Positions 62,213-64,000 of a DNA stretch of 64,000 bases are shown here, piece after piece (position 1 is the stretch's first letter; every line of letters begins with the position of its first letter). Position numbers and translations under genes: made by a program. This DNA is from Octopus bimaculoides. Its lineage: Eukaryota. The notes under the pieces were generated by a model. It had not been told where the DNA came from. It made no database searches and worked only from the letters and a program-made list of their open reading frames with translations. The DNA lies in assembly GCF_001194135.2 (NCBI RefSeq), contig NC_068983.1:89836866-89900865 (forward strand), read 5' to 3'.

Positions 62213-63439
62213 GTTCCTTCACGAACATTTTGCATGATACGGTGTCCTAGACACCATAGTATTGGATAACGGAATGCAGTTTTTGGGGTACGAATTAAAA
62301 AATTTCTGTGAGAGGTATGCAGTCAATTACATCTCTACCCTGCTGTACCACCCAAGATTAAATGGGTACACTGAAAGGTTCGTAGTCACATTTAAGCAAG
62401 CACTAAAAAAATCAGGAAATAAATTAGGCAATGATGCAGCACTAACTCAATTCTTAAAGGTTTACAGGGTAACAGCTTACCTAAACACCTGTTCAGGCAA
62501 GGTGCCCGCAAAGCTACTGTTTGCCTAGAAGATAAAATCAATTTTAGATAAATTGTTACCTACAAAAAAAAAAAACTTACAGGGAAAACCCAAGATACAC
62601 AACAAAATATTTTAATGTGGGAGATAAAGTTCATTTCAAAATATATAAGAATGGAAGACAAGGATGGTATAGTGATGAAAAGAAAAGGCAGTATGATGTA
62701 CATAATAAAAAGTCAGATAGGAGAGCACAAATGACATTCGAACTAGTTGAATACTTGACATACCAAAGAAAGAGAAGAAATACCAACGGAAGTGTGTTAT
62801 GACTTGTTTAATGTTCCAACACCAAAAGAGGTTGAACCTAGGCGAACCAGCAATAGAAAACATAAACAAATAGAACAAGTTGAAATAGTCCCTAAGTGAG
62901 AGAAGTATTAAAACTTCCCAGGAAATTAAAATCTCAAAATAGGGAGAGGTGATGCTAAAAGATAGAATAAAATTAAATAAAAAAGTTGTCAGAAGTCAAA
63001 TCTCAAAATGGCAAGAATCATGACACCCCCTGTGATAATGGACCAGCGGAACTCATATAAGTAACAGCGTGTTTGACTGAGGGAGAGATGAGAAATTGCA
63101 GGAAGTTGAAATGTGTCATTCATAAGTTCAGTGAGTCACAGAAAATTGTTGAGAAGTTGTTATAGTTCGTTGAGAGTTGTTTTGGATTGGTTACAGTTGT
63201 TGGCAGAGTATTTGGGAAAATATCAAGTGGAGACAGTTGATGTCAACCCCGTTCTGTGGTACAATATATCACATGGGATTAGCACACGACCAGAGCTTGC
63301 CTTAGGAGGTGCAGGGCCCAATTGGGAACAATTTTGGTGGGCCCCAGGTTCCCAGTCAACTTGCACCAAGGTCTATAAAATCATAAAAATATAAAAATCC
63401 AGCCGTTGAAACTATGCCACTGTGCGGTGCCATGTAAAA

Positions 63440-63605
63440 ACACTCAGTCCATGCTGTGAAGTGGTGGTGTTAGGAAGGGCATCCCGCCACAAAAAACATG
63501 CTAAACTAGATGGGTGCCAGACGTAGCCCCTGGCTTGTTGGCCCCTGTCGAACCATCCAATCCATGCCAGCATGGAAAACATGTTAAATGATGATGAGGA
63601 TGATG
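63440..63605 (+). mobile_element. Older RTE-type 3'-end copy, tail-to-tail with the next copy
   Basis: ..aggaagggcatcc..ccatgccagcatggaaaacatgttaaatgatgatg. Confidence 0.7.
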
Positions 63606-63654
63606 ATATGCATATATATACATACACTTATTATGTATATATTTATGTGTGTGT

Positions 63655-64000
63655 CATCATCATCATCATCATCATCGTTTAACGTCTGCTTTCCATGCTA
63701 GCAAGGGTTGGACGATTTGACTGAGGACTGGTGAAACCGGATGGCAACACCAGGCTCCAGTCTAATTTGGCAGAGTTTCTACAGCTGGATGCCCTTCCTA
63801 ACGCCAACCACTCAGAGAGTGTAGTGGGTGCTTTTACGTGTCACCCGCACGAAAACGGCCACGCTCGAAATGGTGTCTTTTATGTGCCACCCGCACAAGC
63901 CAGTCCAGGGGCACTGGCAACGATCTTACTTGGCTTGCCGGGTCTTCTCACGCACAGCACATTTCCAAAGGTCTCGGTCAGTAGTCATCGCCTCGGTGAG
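63655..64000 (-). mobile_element. Young RTE LINE 3' end including the ORF C-terminus; continues beyond the window
   Basis: Minus strand reads LTEAMTTDRDLWKCAVREKTRQAK* (stop 63926-28), then 3' UTR and (GAT)n tail; CpGs retained. Confidence 0.88.

Larger units (their letters stand above)
57634..63273 (+). mobile_element. Gypsy/Ty3 LTR retrotransposon, Mag-like, degraded, with two nested insertions
   Basis: LTR-like repeats 57634-~57930 and 62953-~63273; PBS tggcaatgaggat (tRNA-Ser-like); PPT agggagaggtga; gag with CCHC knuckles; RT WAAP, PF..APAIFQ, YLDD; RNase H TDH; integrase GHPG..YWP..C..C, IVDS, DNG, NG..ERF. Confidence 0.93.

Overview
Eukaryotic, AT-rich animal genomic DNA with seven N-gaps. 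The repeat content suggests an Octopus-type cephalopod (inference, not a database result). There is one clear host gene: cyclin F (CCNF, + strand). I traced 14 coding exons from 3373 to 18867 with GT-AG junctions and continuous phase (2336 nt). They encode an F-box, a cyclin domain with the MRYILVDW patch and an acidic tail. The short first coding exon was not located. The rest of the window is mostly decayed and nested transposons: two Gypsy LTR retrotransposons (CsRn1-like and Mag-like), a solo-LTR-like unit, RTE, CR1-like, R4/Dong-like and CRE-like non-LTR pieces, two Penelope-like elements, piggyBac, mariner and pogo remnants, SINEs and MITEs. No CRISPR array, rRNA or complete tRNA gene was seen. 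The most unusual observations are: (1) a 510-bp insertion with a 4-bp TSD carrying five CCA-ended copies of the tRNA-Trp 3' end, altered at the m1A58 position; (2) a minimal type-I hammerhead ribozyme motif in a short microsatellite-flanked repeat; (3) a three-level nested piggyBac insertion in a CCNF intron; (4) 8-bp-TSD MITEs with telomere-like TTAGGG/CCCTAA repeats.
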